Origin: Podarcis tiliguerta
Taxonomy: Eukaryota
NCBI GenBank assembly: GCA_965153285.1
Contig: OZ229112.1
Direction: 5' to 3' (one strand)
Length of the DNA: 64,000 nucleotides
Shown here: positions 13,682 to 26,951 of the stretch, one piece after another
How positions within the stretch are numbered: the first letter of the stretch is position 1
Layout of the letters: every line of letters begins with the position of its first letter
Notes under the pieces: generated by a model
Database searches by the model: none
The model's input: the letters and a program-made list of their open reading frames with translations, nothing else
Told to the model about the DNA's origin: nothing
Program-made: the position numbers and the translations under genes

Positions 13682-14194
13682 TTACTTCTGAGTAACATGC
13701 ATAGGATGCTAAGTTTGGATGCTTTCTGGACAAATTGATACCTACTATTGAAACAATTTTTCAAAGTGTACATTTGCTGCAAAAGGTATGCAACAGATCC
13801 AAATAATAAGTTCCATATTGTCATTACCTACATGACATTAGCAAGCTTTAAGCACAAGTAAAGTTCTTTTTTCTGGGAAACGCCAGGCATGGGAGGAAGC
13901 AAGACAACTTTGGAAAGGGCTGTGTACAAAGAAGTGCATTGCTGAATAATACAATACACCAACTGAAAAACACTGATCTACAGGCATGTTTTCACATAGG
14001 GTTCCCAGGGTCCATTATGATAATTGGTGGCTCTTTTCCTTTCTACAGCAGGCATTGGGAAAGCCCTAAATATAATGCCTGACAGGGCCATACCTCCAGG
14101 ATTTTAATCTTACAACCCTCCAAACCAGGCCCTATAACATGAAGCAGAAGGCTTCCAACATAAAAGCTAAAGCCTTTTTATCCATCTGTGCTGG

Positions 14195-14412
14195 AGACCC
14201 ATCTGCAGTATAGTGGAGAGCATTCAACCAGGACCTGGAAGACCCAGATTCACATCTGTTCTCCAGCCATGAATCTCATTGGGTGACCTTGCTATCTGTC
14301 AGTCTACAAACCCTACAAGGTTGTTGCAGGGATAAAAAACAGGGCAGAGGCAGGTGCCTATACACTACCTTGAGTTACTTGGAAGGAAAGGTGGAATAAA
14401 AGTGCAATAAAT
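14195..14412 (+). mobile_element. Old tRNA-derived (MIR/Squam3-like) SINE
   Basis: Degenerate A/B boxes, gggtgaccttg core, gttgttg..ggataaa body; similar copy at 50725-50925. Confidence 0.5.
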
Positions 14413-14527
14413 GAATATTTTATATTACAGTCAAACGTTTTGCAATAACCCCTGAATAACAGCACTTTGTTTCCTCCTTAATATCTTGTAATTCCATGGT
14501 CCCATTCACACTAAATGCCATGTCTTA

Positions 14528-15016
<489 letters not shown>

Positions 15017-15314
15017 ACAAAACAGATGGGGGTAGGGAGCTGTGCGCCAACATACAATTTTGCAAGAATTGCAAAAACGACACACTGATACCTGAAGTGT
15101 CCAACCAGGCCACCTGGTAAATCATATGGAATGGTTCTAACTTTCGGGCCTGGTAACAATTCTCTCAGAGACCTACAAACACTGGTGTGCGGAGAATAGT
15201 TTTATGAGATGCATTCAAAGTACAAAAGATGGTGCTTTGTTCCCAAATGGCATAAAATACAGAGTTAATGAACATTTTATCCTGTATATCTTCCTGCAGA
15301 ATATACAACCATTA

Positions 15315-15437
<123 letters not shown>

Positions 15438-15665
15438 CTAAGAAAATAAAAGGGAAAAAGTATTTTCAAAATCAGAGAGAAAGAGATGCAACATATTATG
15501 TGTCCAAGAATTGCCTAAAAGACAGGTGAAATTACCTTCAGTTTAAGGATCACCAGGAGTCCTCCTCAGCCCCTCTTCTGAAAGATGTTAGGGCTAGGGA
15601 GGGGGAGAAAAGGCCCACCTTCACATGAGACTGAGGTTGGAGCCAATGCTGTCAAATTGTTAGTG

Positions 15666-15861
15666 GGGAAGGGCCACAGTTCAGTGGCCGATCATCTGCC
15701 TTGCATGCAGAAGGTCCCTGGTTCAATCCCCAACATTTCCAGGCATGACTAGGAAAAACTCTGCCTAAAACCCTACAGAGCCACTGCCAATCAATGTACA
15801 CAGTACTGAGCTAGATGGACCAATGGTCTTGCTCCTGTATAAGGCAGCTTCTTAGGTTCCC
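15666..15861 (+). mobile_element. tRNA-derived SINE (Squam2-like)
   Basis: A box (cagttcagtgg), B box (ggttcaatccc), CR1-like 3' part ctagatggaccaatggtct; degraded copy at about 49483-49669. Confidence 0.7.
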
Positions 15862-16764
15862 AGTGCAAAGACCATTGCACTAGTGGAGGTCTATTTCTCA
15901 ATGCTGCCCATAAACCCGTGCTAGCTCACCAGCCCAACCTGCTGCCCACTCACCCACCACTGAGCCTAGGAGGCAGTGCTTTGCTTGAGAAGCCAAGTGC
16001 AACTCCAATCCATGGTGGACTGACCAGTTTCCCACCTCCCTGCCGTGGCAAGCCATGGAAATTGGACAGACATTTTCCTGGTCACATTACCCAGCGTGCC
16101 TGGTTCTGAAGAGGACCTTTGGTGCCAGGGCTGCTGCTACTTTAGGGTCAACAAATATTTTTAAAAAATAAATAAAAGGGAGCAGCTGGGGAAGAGAACA
16201 TTACTGGTACCACAAAGAAGGGGGCAGGCAGCAGGAGGTTCTACAGGCTGAACCATGCTATGGAGTCGAAAGCAACAGGTTCACTTGTTGTGCAAGAGGC
16301 TGCACTACCAGACATGTTGTGAAACTACCTTTAATTTTTCTATCCTCTACAACTTTAGCATACACATACAAGCTATTCATTTTGGAATCTGTTTTCCCCC
16401 AAGTGACATGTTAACAGAGTAAGTTCAACACTAACTCTCTTTAATGTAGCACTATCTTGAATACAACCCTGAGTCACTATTTGACTGCTTGTTTGTGAAA
16501 GGTGCTTCTTCGAGAGCAGCAATAAAAAGGAATCTCAATCTACCAAGATTCCTGCCTGGTACATACGGTAATAAATATTAGGGGATCCAGATCCAGACCC
16601 CTACTTAAGGTTACTTTGTATATAATACTTTTCTGAAATGTTATGAAAAAGTAGTTTCCTGTGGTTTGATTTAAATTGTTTTAACAGTCTATTTTAAATA
16701 GTTGTAGCCTGCCCTGAATGTGCGACAACAGAACTGTACAAGCCATTATTAAGAGCAGACTCAC

Positions 16765-16926
16765 CTGAGTGACCATGAATTTGGTGATTCTTTCTGGAAG
16801 CCGGCTTTTCTCACTGGAAAGAATCATCTCCAACATATCGCCATGAAGTTTTTCCATTACAACAAAAACCCTTTCTGGAGTTTCAAACATACATTCCAGG
16901 TTTACAATCCCAGGGTGGTGCAAATT
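16765..16926 (-). CDS. PRKD3: PRKD3 kinase exon ([27 protein letters not shown]...FMVTQ)
   Basis: cttcctag/gtgagt; 162 bp; within ORF 16681..16923. Confidence 0.97.
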
Positions 16927-17275
16927 CTAGGAAGCATATTTAATATTGTCATGAAAAATGTACCACCATTATGTACTGAAAACCAGAAAATATCTGCCTA
17001 GGTCCTGGCTATGCTTTATTGTTTAGAAAGCACTCAAGCAATCCCTAGCAATATTTGTAGAGACAAAACACAAGCTATGGCTCTTTTTACAGTTTTCCTG
17101 TACAGCTCAGAAACTACTATAGCAGGAATATTAAAATATACAAAAGCAAGACTACGCAGAGATTGTACCCAGCTATGTCAACAATGATCACACAGAAACA
17201 CTGTATGTTCACAACTCTGAAACATGCAGATTCAAGCATCTGTACAATTCAAGCCTCTGATTGCTCACCTACTCA

Positions 17276-17557
<282 letters not shown>

Positions 17558-18994
17558 TTACACTGAAAAACAGAGAGGGAAATATCTCTGTCACTTACAG
17601 ATTTTCAGCCAATACCCTTGAGAAGAGAGAGCTTGCCTCTTATCCCCACCTGACATTCACTTGGTAGATTTCATGCTTGCATAGGGGCTCTGGCCACATG
17701 ATCTGTACACCACAATATTAAGAATGTACAGTTTGCATGAATAAGGCATCTGCATCTGTTGGACTTGAAGCATTCAGGTTCCTATGCAAATGTGAAGTCT
17801 ACATGATTATCACATGAGAAAGAGGATGGGAAGTAGTATAACCCTAAGCACAATCTCAGATGAAGCATGCGAAGTGCTGAAGCTTGCATCATATCAAAGT
17901 GCTTCTCCCTGCTTAAGGCAATTATTGCTCTGCTGTCTGGATCTCTGTGGTTAAGATCTAATCTCACCTTAAGACCAAAATCCCTGCATGTCCAAGGAGA
18001 GAATTATACTTTCATTTTAGTGGGGTGGGCTTCTTCTCAGTCCTTAATTTGCATGGGGATATTTTTGGTACACCTTTACTAATATGGGCATAGAGCCTAA
18101 TTCAACAAAATCATTGTTTAGCTCCGCTCTCAAAGTGCAGAAGTGAGAGGCAACAGAGTTTGCTTGAAACAAATCAGAATTTCAAAACTTGCTCCTTCAG
18201 GGACTCTTCATGTATTACAAACATTATAGCTTTGAATGTGCAAAGAGACTTGCTTATATTCAGTTTTAGCCACACTCACTTATAAAATAAAATTACTACT
18301 TCTCTTCCACAGATGAGGAATTTAGGTTGAGTTAATAAAATGGTCCAGAATTACTGAGTGAGTTAATAAAAGGATGAATATCAGAATCCAGATTCTACCT
18401 ACAGGACAACCCTAGCTTCTATCACATTGCACTTCAGCTGATATGGAACAAAACATACAAAAGCCTTGATATAACATTAATGAGAAAAGCTGATCAGTTT
18501 ATTTAAGATAAGCACAAAATATACATAAGGGGCAGAAAGAATGCTAAAGAAATGCTACAAGGACACCACACTACTACTATTTTAGAGGCCTAGCTAGACC
18601 TCACCTGGAGTTCTTTATTCAGTACTGGTGATTCTGTAATTAGTCAGGGTACAATAACTGCTCTGGAAGATAGTTGCATGGAGCAAGCAGAAAGAGTACC
18701 TGCCTTAAAGATTTAAGTGTAAGTAAAAGGTACAAAAAATATAGGCTTATTTTCACTAGATTAAAAAGAAAGGCAACCCAACTGTAACATTCCATAACTT
18801 CTGCAAGGTAACAGAAGAACCAACTGAATGGGAATTAATGTTGTAAACCAGGCAAGCAATTGCGTAAGAGACAGAAACTGTCTCTTGAACTGGAACTGTT
18901 GAATTACTTTCTCCTAACCTGAGAGAAGATCTAGCATGATGCAAAGCCAAATATCACAAGTCTGAACTTGCAGTGATTGTTTAGTCAAACTTAC

Positions 18995-19067
18995 CTCCAT
19001 ACACAACACCAAACTGACCAGAGCCAAGCACCTCATCAGCAAAGATCTGGTATACGGAACTGATATC
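18995..19067 (-). CDS. PRKD3: PRKD3 exon (DISSVYQIFADEVLGSGQFGVVYG)
   Basis: Gly-rich loop GSGQFG; cccctag/gtaagt; 73 bp. Confidence 0.96.
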
Positions 19068-20142
19068 CTAGGGGAAGAGAGGGTGCAGGCAGGGGAAGGT
19101 AAATATTATGTTCAATTACTTCAGTGACAGAGGCAGAAGCTTTAAGAGCTACACTTCATGGACACAAAAAGGGAAAGAAAGTATTTTTTTATAACCCAAT
19201 TAAAAATTACTCCAAAAAAAGGGGAGTAAAAAAGGTCCATTCCCACCTGTTAAAACCTGTTCATGCTAGCATTGTTTACCATGTATAGTAACTTGTGTAA
19301 CAGAGATGAGAACAGCATACAAAATTAACATTTGCAAATTTATTTGTAATTTATTTGCAAATTTACAAACTGCAGTGCAATCTGTATTCCTTAAACTTGT
19401 TTCCAGCTGTGTAACAATAAAGCATACAAACCAGCCTTTCTGTCAGCATGAATGTGTGCTCATATGCTAAGGCCAGTCTATATGAAAATCCCCATCAGAA
19501 CCATAGATCTTTGCTTCTTTAGCATGGCCAGTCAAGAACATTTGCCACATTGTAGATGTATTCTGTATATGCAAAAGAGGAGCTGCAACCAATGATGGAT
19601 TCCTGACAACTGTACTTATAGTAAGCACATTGTCACACATATTTGTAATATGAGCAAGAGTAGGGCTGGGCCCCATATTTGGCATCACTGCCTCATTTAT
19701 GTCACTGGCACTGGGTGAAACTTATTTAGCTACTACCAGACCTGCTCTAAGGTGATCCACAGGAAAACATTCCAGAATTTCTGGGCACATTCCAGAGAAC
19801 ATTCTGACCTCACACTAAGAAGTGCTTGACTAGAAGAACCTGTCTGCCTCACAAACAAAAGTCAGCCTTGAGATGAGGGAGAAAGAAAACTGAGCACAAA
19901 GGTGGAAGCCATGCCCTTTTGATATGGGCACATGAAAGGTGGGGACAGGACACCTACAAAAACTCTAGCCTAGCTAGAGACATTTCCCAAAGAGCAACAT
20001 GTGTGAATGCCCAGAGATCACGAACAAGAAACACAGGTTCTCTATCCTGCAAACTTGGCAGGCATATCACTAATATAATAAACAAAAGACTAGGGAAGAA
20101 GAGTACAAACCACACATCAATAAAATAAAACATTTCAATTAG

Positions 20143-20512
20143 GTAAAGGTAAGGTAAATGACCCCTGGACAGTTAACGCCAATCAAAGGTGACTATGGGG
20201 CTGTGGCGCTCATCTCGCTTCAGGCTGAGGGAACCGGCGTTTATCCACAGGCAGCTTTCTGGGTCATGTGGCCAGCATGACTAAACCGCTTCTGGAGCAA
20301 TGGAACACCGTGATGGAAGCCAGAGTGCATGGAAATGCCATTTATCTTCCCGCCGGAGTGGTACCTATTTATCTACTTGCACTGGCATGTTTTCAAACTG
20401 CTAGGCTGGCAGAAGCTGGGACAGAGCAACGGGGGCTCACCTCATTGCAGGGATTCGAACCACCGACCTTCCAATCAGCAAGCCCAAGAGACTACAGCGC
20501 CACCCGTGTCCC
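20143..20512 (-). mobile_element. Sauria SINE (Squam1), full length, with 16-bp TSD
   Basis: (ACCTTT)-type tail, B box (gttcgaatcc on -), TSD AAAACATTTCAATTAG at 20127-20142 and 20513-20528. Confidence 0.88.
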
Positions 20513-20836
20513 AAAACATTTCAATTAGCCTACCAATGTTCTACCAAAACTACAAATCCTATACATATTCATTTAGATGTTCTGTCAAATTCAATGAGAC
20601 TTGCTTTCAAGTAACTGGGCAAAGGACTGCAGCATTTGTTTTCCTAGACTATGGGGTTTCCCTTCCCCCAGATAACCTATAAGAAGGTACTGGAGTATGG
20701 TTTTAGATCAGAACATGGATGCACATTTCATGCTTGGGGAACAAAGTCATTCCTCCTTTTGGGAAATAACTACCAAAAAGGCAGCCCCCAACAATAGTCT
20801 TTTTAAAATAATAATAATAATAAGCCTTAATTCTTA

Positions 20837-21049
20837 ATCACTACCCGAAGGAGTCTCAAAGCAGCTAACAATCTCCTTTCCCTTCCTCCCCCACAACAAA
20901 CACTCTGTGAGGTGAGTGAGGCTGAGACTTCAGAGAAGTGTGACTGGCCCAAGGTCACCCAGCAGCTGCATGTGGAGGAGCGGAGACGCGAACCCGGTTC
21001 CCCAGATTACAAGACTACCGCTCTTAACCACTACACCACACTGGCTCTC
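20837..21049 (-). mobile_element. tRNA-derived SINE (Squam3-like)
   Basis: - strand begins GAGAGCCAGTGTGGTGTAGTGGTTAAGAGC (A box) ... GGGTTCGCGTCT (B box) ... GGGTGACCTTGGGC. Confidence 0.8.
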
Positions 21050-21318
21050 AAGTGGGGGAAGGGATCAAACTTAAAAAGTATCATTTACAAGGCTTCTCTT
21101 TTTGCATTGCTCACTACTAAAAAGGTTAAGAAACTTTACCATATATAGATTTTTTTCCAGACAAGTCATTGTATTAAATAAGCTAGGTTGCCTAATGGGA
21201 ACAATGTGTTCTTCAGCTTTTCATTTGTCTTTATCTCCAATTATTTTGATATAAAATAGCCATCGGGGGACAACTGATAACAATCCAGCTACAATAGTAT
21301 TTACATTTTGTGACTCAC

Positions 21319-21371
21319 CACATTTTCTTGGATCTGGCAATTTGAAACAGAAATGCTGACAGATAATTCTT
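21319..21371 (-). CDS. PRKD3: PRKD3 exon (KELSVSISVSNCQIQENV)
   Basis: attgcag/gtgagt; 53 bp; phases fit both neighbours. Confidence 0.93.
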
Positions 21372-22724
21372 CTGCAATGAGAATATATACATGTTTTTAA
21401 TGTGGAAGCAGTATTACAATGAAAGACCAATGTCCTAGCAGCCAAACATTTATTGACATTCCAATTAATATGTGAAATGTAGCCTTGGCACTCTGCATCA
21501 CATTTCCAAACACCTCTTTATGTTCCCCTAACAGACAGCTTTCAAAATCTCCCTCGCACTGAACTCTACCACAACAACACAGAATATTTTTCTTCAGTTC
21601 TATTTTGTCACTGGCCATCAACATTGCCCGTGTTCCTCCTTCCTTCAAGACATTTGCTCTCCTTATGTCTCCACCTCGAAAGAACTAAGGAATTTGTAAG
21701 CACATGCGTTTTTCTTATGTATAAGTCAAATAGGCTTACAGAATGTATTGCATGACTGATACACAGGTCTGAACCTAAACACCAGTCTTTGGGGGCATTA
21801 GGCATTGCCAGAATCTTCTTTAATTCAACAGTCAGACAACCCAGTCCTGCTTTTCATCACAAGTTCTCCATTCTTTGCCTCTAGGTCAGAGCTGCAATGT
21901 GCCAGGGCTCAGCCTTATTTTTAATACAAGGAGAATCACGAAAAATCCAGTCCAAGCTGTTTCACCCCACCACCCTTCTATTTAAGCCCTCCCTGTCCCC
22001 CACCCCACACAAATGCACTGTTCTTGGCTATGAAGCATGCATGTTGTAATTCCACCTGTCCTCCCCTCAGGTCATGCCTTCCTTAGCCCACTGCCTACTC
22101 ATTTATCTTTCTGTCAGGATTCTAATCCTCCTCTTCACCGTCAACACCCATGTCACCACCCTCTCTCTTCCTGCCATCAGTACACAGTTCCTCCTGCTCC
22201 TAGGACAACGGTTCTCTGCGTGTTTTTTTCTGTAAGCCAAATTGACTTCTCAGTTCCTCCACTGAAGCTGTGTTATATGTCAGCATTCTAGGAGCAGGGT
22301 CCTGCTTGCTCTATAGTTAGAATATAAATGGCATGACTTCAGATGAGTTTAGTCAACGGCTACAACTCACACAGGAAGGGAAAGAATTTTTGGAAAGGCT
22401 ACACTAGCAGCATGAGGCCTGCTTTCAACACGGGGCTAGGAAGAGTTGCATTGCTTACTCGTATGGTATTCCACACAGTTTCAGTTTTAAAACCAGGCCC
22501 TTAATTGTTACATATGTAGAATTAGCAAGACAGGAATCAACTCCGAGAGGAACAGCACTGACATACTAATGCTAAATATGTAGCAGTTGAAGGTCTGATT
22601 CAAATACAGAGCCAGCCCCATGACATGTTGCAGGCATAAGCAACCCATAAAATATTTTGTTGAACCAGGGCCCATTACTTCACAGATCTCCATTAGGAAG
22701 AAGAGAGTGCTTCTGTGCTCTTAC

Positions 22725-23001
22725 TGTGATCTTTCCCTTGTCCTGCAGCAGTGCAAATGCTAGCCTGAGGCGTGACTGGCATCAAAGCTTGACGAATAGC
22801 TTTCTCCCAGCTCTGCGCTACATCCAGTCCCACTCCAGTAGCAGCCAAAACAGGATTATGATGATTGCTGCCATTGTTCTCGCCAACAAAGTACACCATA
22901 GTGTCAGTGATTATTTCAAAGCAGTGTGGGTTGCTGCCTTGCACCACGTTTGAGAAGTCCCGCGGCTGAGTCACCTGAAGAATTTCAGAAAGCGGAATCT
23001 C
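22725..23001 (-). CDS. PRKD3: PRKD3 PH-domain exon (EIPLSEILQV...NPHCFEIITD...WEKAIRQALMPV...KDH)
   Basis: cctttag/gtaaga; 277 bp. Confidence 0.96.
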
Positions 23002-23846
23002 CTAAAGGAAACAAAAGGTGTTAAACACTAGGAGTGGAGGGCATATGCAACAATAACAAAATGTATGCTACTGAACTCAACTAGAAATATTTTGATAGCA
23101 CTGAGTGGCCTTGGCTTTAGTCCCTCTTTAGGTTCCTAGGGATTGCACAAATATTACAATCAAGAAGGGCCGCTAATAAAGTTTTGTCTTTGCTCTGAAC
23201 CCAACTGGCATTTTCCTCCCACGACACAGTTTAGAATTGCCTTTCATCTCTGGTGCTACATTGTCCATAGAATCAATCTTTCTATAGCAGCACGATGACC
23301 CAGTTCATCATTACAGAATCACCACACCATATCCAAAGTGAGAAGACCTTTCACCATCCACTCAGGAAGCAGACATAATTGCTTATTTTCAGTTTTGCAG
23401 CCTGTCAGGTGCTTTGTAACCCTTCTTATTCCCAGCTATGTCACAGGACATGATCAATTTTGGCTCTCTCAATCCTTTGCCTCCTCCCATATATGCTATC
23501 CTTTTCTTCAGTAAGTATTCTACTTCTGTTACCCCAGTCCCTCAAACATTCACTAGTCTGGTTTCAAGGGGCATAAAATATCCATGCATGGCTGGGCACT
23601 GTAACACACAAATAAACAGATAAAGAACTGTACACAAGAGACACGGTGCACCTTCATCAAAAGAACATCTCAATCTTAACATACCTATGATATTTAGGGT
23701 TCAACAGTTAATACACAAATACAGTATTGTGCAGAGAAAAGGATGTAAATGAAGGATTTCAACTACAGATTAACATTAGGGGAACAACCCTTTAGATGGA
23801 AACTGACATAAGTAAAAAAAAAAAAGAGATTTATATTATCACTTAC

Positions 23847-23924
23847 CTTGTAATACTTTGTCCCAGATTCGTTCTGAAATAGTGTAAGACATTTACTATC
23901 CAGCCTCCAGTAATGTCTTTTTCT
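23847..23924 (-). CDS. PRKD3: PRKD3 PH-domain exon ([26 protein letters not shown])
   Basis: gttgcag/gtaagt; 78 bp. Confidence 0.96.
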
Positions 23925-24564
23925 CTGCAACAAATATGAGAGGGTTTCTCTTTAAGACACAGACATTGGTACCCTATAGCAGAATCCATGTTAGCAGTTT
24001 CAATGGCCTGTACTGATGATGACCTTTAGAGCTACTATCAGCTATGCTTTTTCAAACAGTGCCTACTCTAAAGCTCAAGCCTGTGCAGCAATGCGTAGGA
24101 GAAAGAAGTTTCTCAGTACCTCCTGTGCCCCCCTTTTTTTTCTGTGACCACCTCCTATCCCAGGGCAGCAGCAGTAGGTATCACTGTCCCAACAATTTGG
24201 GAAAGTCCCCATCAGGCAAAGACTTTAAGACTCAAGAGATCTGAGCAGGAAAACAGTGGAACGGGGAGAACAATACTGTGACCCCATTTTCTAGCTGCTC
24301 CTCAGAGGCTGCAACAGAGTTGGCTCGGGAAACTTGTCTTGGGTAAGGGAGACCCTACCACACCATTGTGATCCTGAACCCAACATACAAACAAGGCTTC
24401 TGTTGGTTCAATGGCAGACAGAGCTCAGCCAGTACAGAGAGTTCTTTCTCCTCCCATAGCTAGTACTGAAGAAGCCCTGCTTGCATAAACAGAGCAGCAT
24501 AGATCATTTCCTTTCTTGAGGGTTTTAAAGCAATTTTTAAAGCAAAAAATAGGTGAGGAATTTG

Positions 24565-24680
24565 TGGTTCTCTAAATGTTGGACTACAATTACCATAAAC
24601 TCAGCTATTGGTCATGCTAGCTTGCTTTGAAGAAGTTGGGAGCCCAACAGTATCTGGAAGGCCACAGTTTCCCCATCCCA
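24565..24680. mobile_element. Degenerate hAT-type MITE (ggactacaa...tctggaaggccacag family); related copies at about 8450-8545 and 49710-49840
   Basis: Recurrent palindromic repeat motif. Confidence 0.45.
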
Positions 24681-24737
24681 GACTTAAAATAACTAAAAGT
24701 AAATATCACACTGAAAAGTAGAGGTAAAATTACTGAC

Positions 24738-24861
24738 CAGGTTGTCTCGGCTAGTGTAATGAACCATCCATCCTTCCTTCACCATTGTACTGCTCTTCCT
24801 CTTTGTGTGCTTGATTGATTGCACAACCCTCATTAATGGAATATTATTGCTTGTCGATGGG
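24738..24861 (-). CDS. PRKD3: PRKD3 exon ([42 protein letters not shown])
   Basis: tcaacag/gtcagt; 124 bp. Confidence 0.96.
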
Positions 24862-26767
24862 CTGTTGAAAAAAGAAACACATGTCTCTAATCATACATAT
24901 TTCAGCACACCCTATAGCTGTGCTATAATTCAGGATAAACTTCAAGTAGAATATTCTTGACTATTACTTGCATCTTAAACAAAAATCTTCTAAAGATAAA
25001 ACATTATGTAGGGCACATCATGATCATACAGATGACAAGAGAGTTGTTTTTAAAATCACTAACCCTCCCCCACCCAGATTAGGCAAAACACGTTACCATG
25101 TTAAGGGGCTATGACACAGTTTTAGATGAGGAGTCAAAGTCCTTTACAACATTATAGAAGATGCCAAGGCAGACTTATTAACTCTTGGGCAGCAGGTTAC
25201 AGTAAAGCCCAAACCTGCCCTATGAACCAACAAAACATAAGGACCTGCCCTAGTTCATCAAACCAAGCCTGAATATAAACTCAATCCTCTTTCCACATAT
25301 ACACACATCCAACAGCAATAGAGACAGTAACAAAGAGCAAAAATCTTATCCTAAATTAAGTCCTATCCTAAATTAAAACCATCTTCCTGTGCTCCTATTT
25401 TTCTTGAAGGGAGAGATAAGTACTATAGCAGCTATCCTGAATCGTGCCCAGTAGGACAGGAACTCAGCTCCACTTCCACTCTGAAATCTTCTCATGGGAG
25501 GAGAGGACAAGCACAGCCTAAGAAAGATGGTACCAAGCAGGGCCCTGCATTCTGGTTGCCATGTACTGAGTCCAAGCCCTGTCTGTACATTGAGCGTGAG
25601 GAACCTTTCTCAGTCCGAGGGCTACATTCCCTTCTAAGCAACCTTCTGGGAATCACATGCTGGTGGGAGGCAAGGCCACAAGCAAAAGTGGGGACGGTAA
25701 CAGAAAGAGCCGTGAACATGAATTTTACTTCTGTAAGGTAGACTAGTTTTAACACACATTCACCCACTCTTCTCTATCCTCCATGCAGGCAAGCAGGAAG
25801 CAAAATCAGAATCTAAGGACATACGCCCTCCACACAAAAACACTCAAGGAGGGTCAAAGCAGTCCTACAGAGGGGAGTGGCCTTGGCAGAGGAGCTGTGG
25901 CTGGGGAGAGTCTCAAGGACCAGATAGAGAGGCACGGAGGGCCACATCTGGCCCCCAGGCATGAGGTTCCCCACCCTGCTACAGAGGAAAATGATTTGAA
26001 GCACACCGTAGACATGAATTGAGTTTTAAGTAGATAAATAGTCTTGCAATCCTCACTTTCATTCTCACTACATCCCAGTGAAATCTGTCTTTATTATTCC
26101 TACTTTACAGTATGGAGCTAAGGCTTAAATTTCTTTAAGGCCACCTAATGAGTCCACGGCTGAACACTATTCTAAATCCATTGCTCTATTTCCATAAACT
26201 ACACTGGATCTCATCTTTTATAAACAATAGTATGAGCTGTAATTCAAATAATTTACTCTAGTAGTACATATACAAGTAAAAACACATGACCCTTTAGAGG
26301 TCACATCCAATGAGCCAAAAGTTGTTTCCTTTAACCTAACTTGCAACACACACAAGGAGCAAAATTGATTCCTTATGTAACTCCATTCAATCAATTGACT
26401 TGCATTAGGACTGGAATGAGTTTGGCCTAAGGTCAGGAGAATAAAGTAGCCCTATAAATCTAGGTCAGCATAACATTTTCCATCAACTAGTCAGTATAGC
26501 TAAGCATTCTTCAATAATGTAATTTATTTCCATGTTGACGCTCACAGGGGATTCTACTTCCAATAGGTTCAAGCCTACATACTTTCACATTTAATCAATT
26601 CTGTTAATTGCTGTTTTTCACTTATGCTGAAGAGTGAGAAAGCATCTCTTGTAAACCAATAATAAATAATAATAAGTGAATAGCAAAAGTCATTCTCCTC
26701 TCAACAGAAAAATGTTTTTAATAGGGAGCTTCACAGACATGCAATGGAATGCTTTGATTTTACAAAC

Positions 26768-26951
26768 CTGATAGTTTTGACAGCCTCTTCATCTTTGTCC
26801 CCATCTAGATCTGCTGGATCCATAAAAAACATTTTGTCTTCTGGGGGAGAGGGTTCTTCTGTATCATCCAAGCTCCTACCTCCATCACTGTTCATTTCAC
26901 TGCTGTCAACCTCCATTGGCATATCCATATCTTGACCTGGACTAGCCGGTT
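26768..26951 (-). CDS. PRKD3: PRKD3 acidic-region exon (EPASPGQDMDMPMEVDSS...EEAVKTI)
   Basis: gaataag acceptor, gtttgt donor; 184 bp; phases 1-2 fit. Confidence 0.92.

Noticed and set aside
15666-15740. tRNA gene-like A/B boxes
   Set aside because: Degenerate cloverleaf that continues into a SINE body; a tRNA-derived SINE rather than a tRNA
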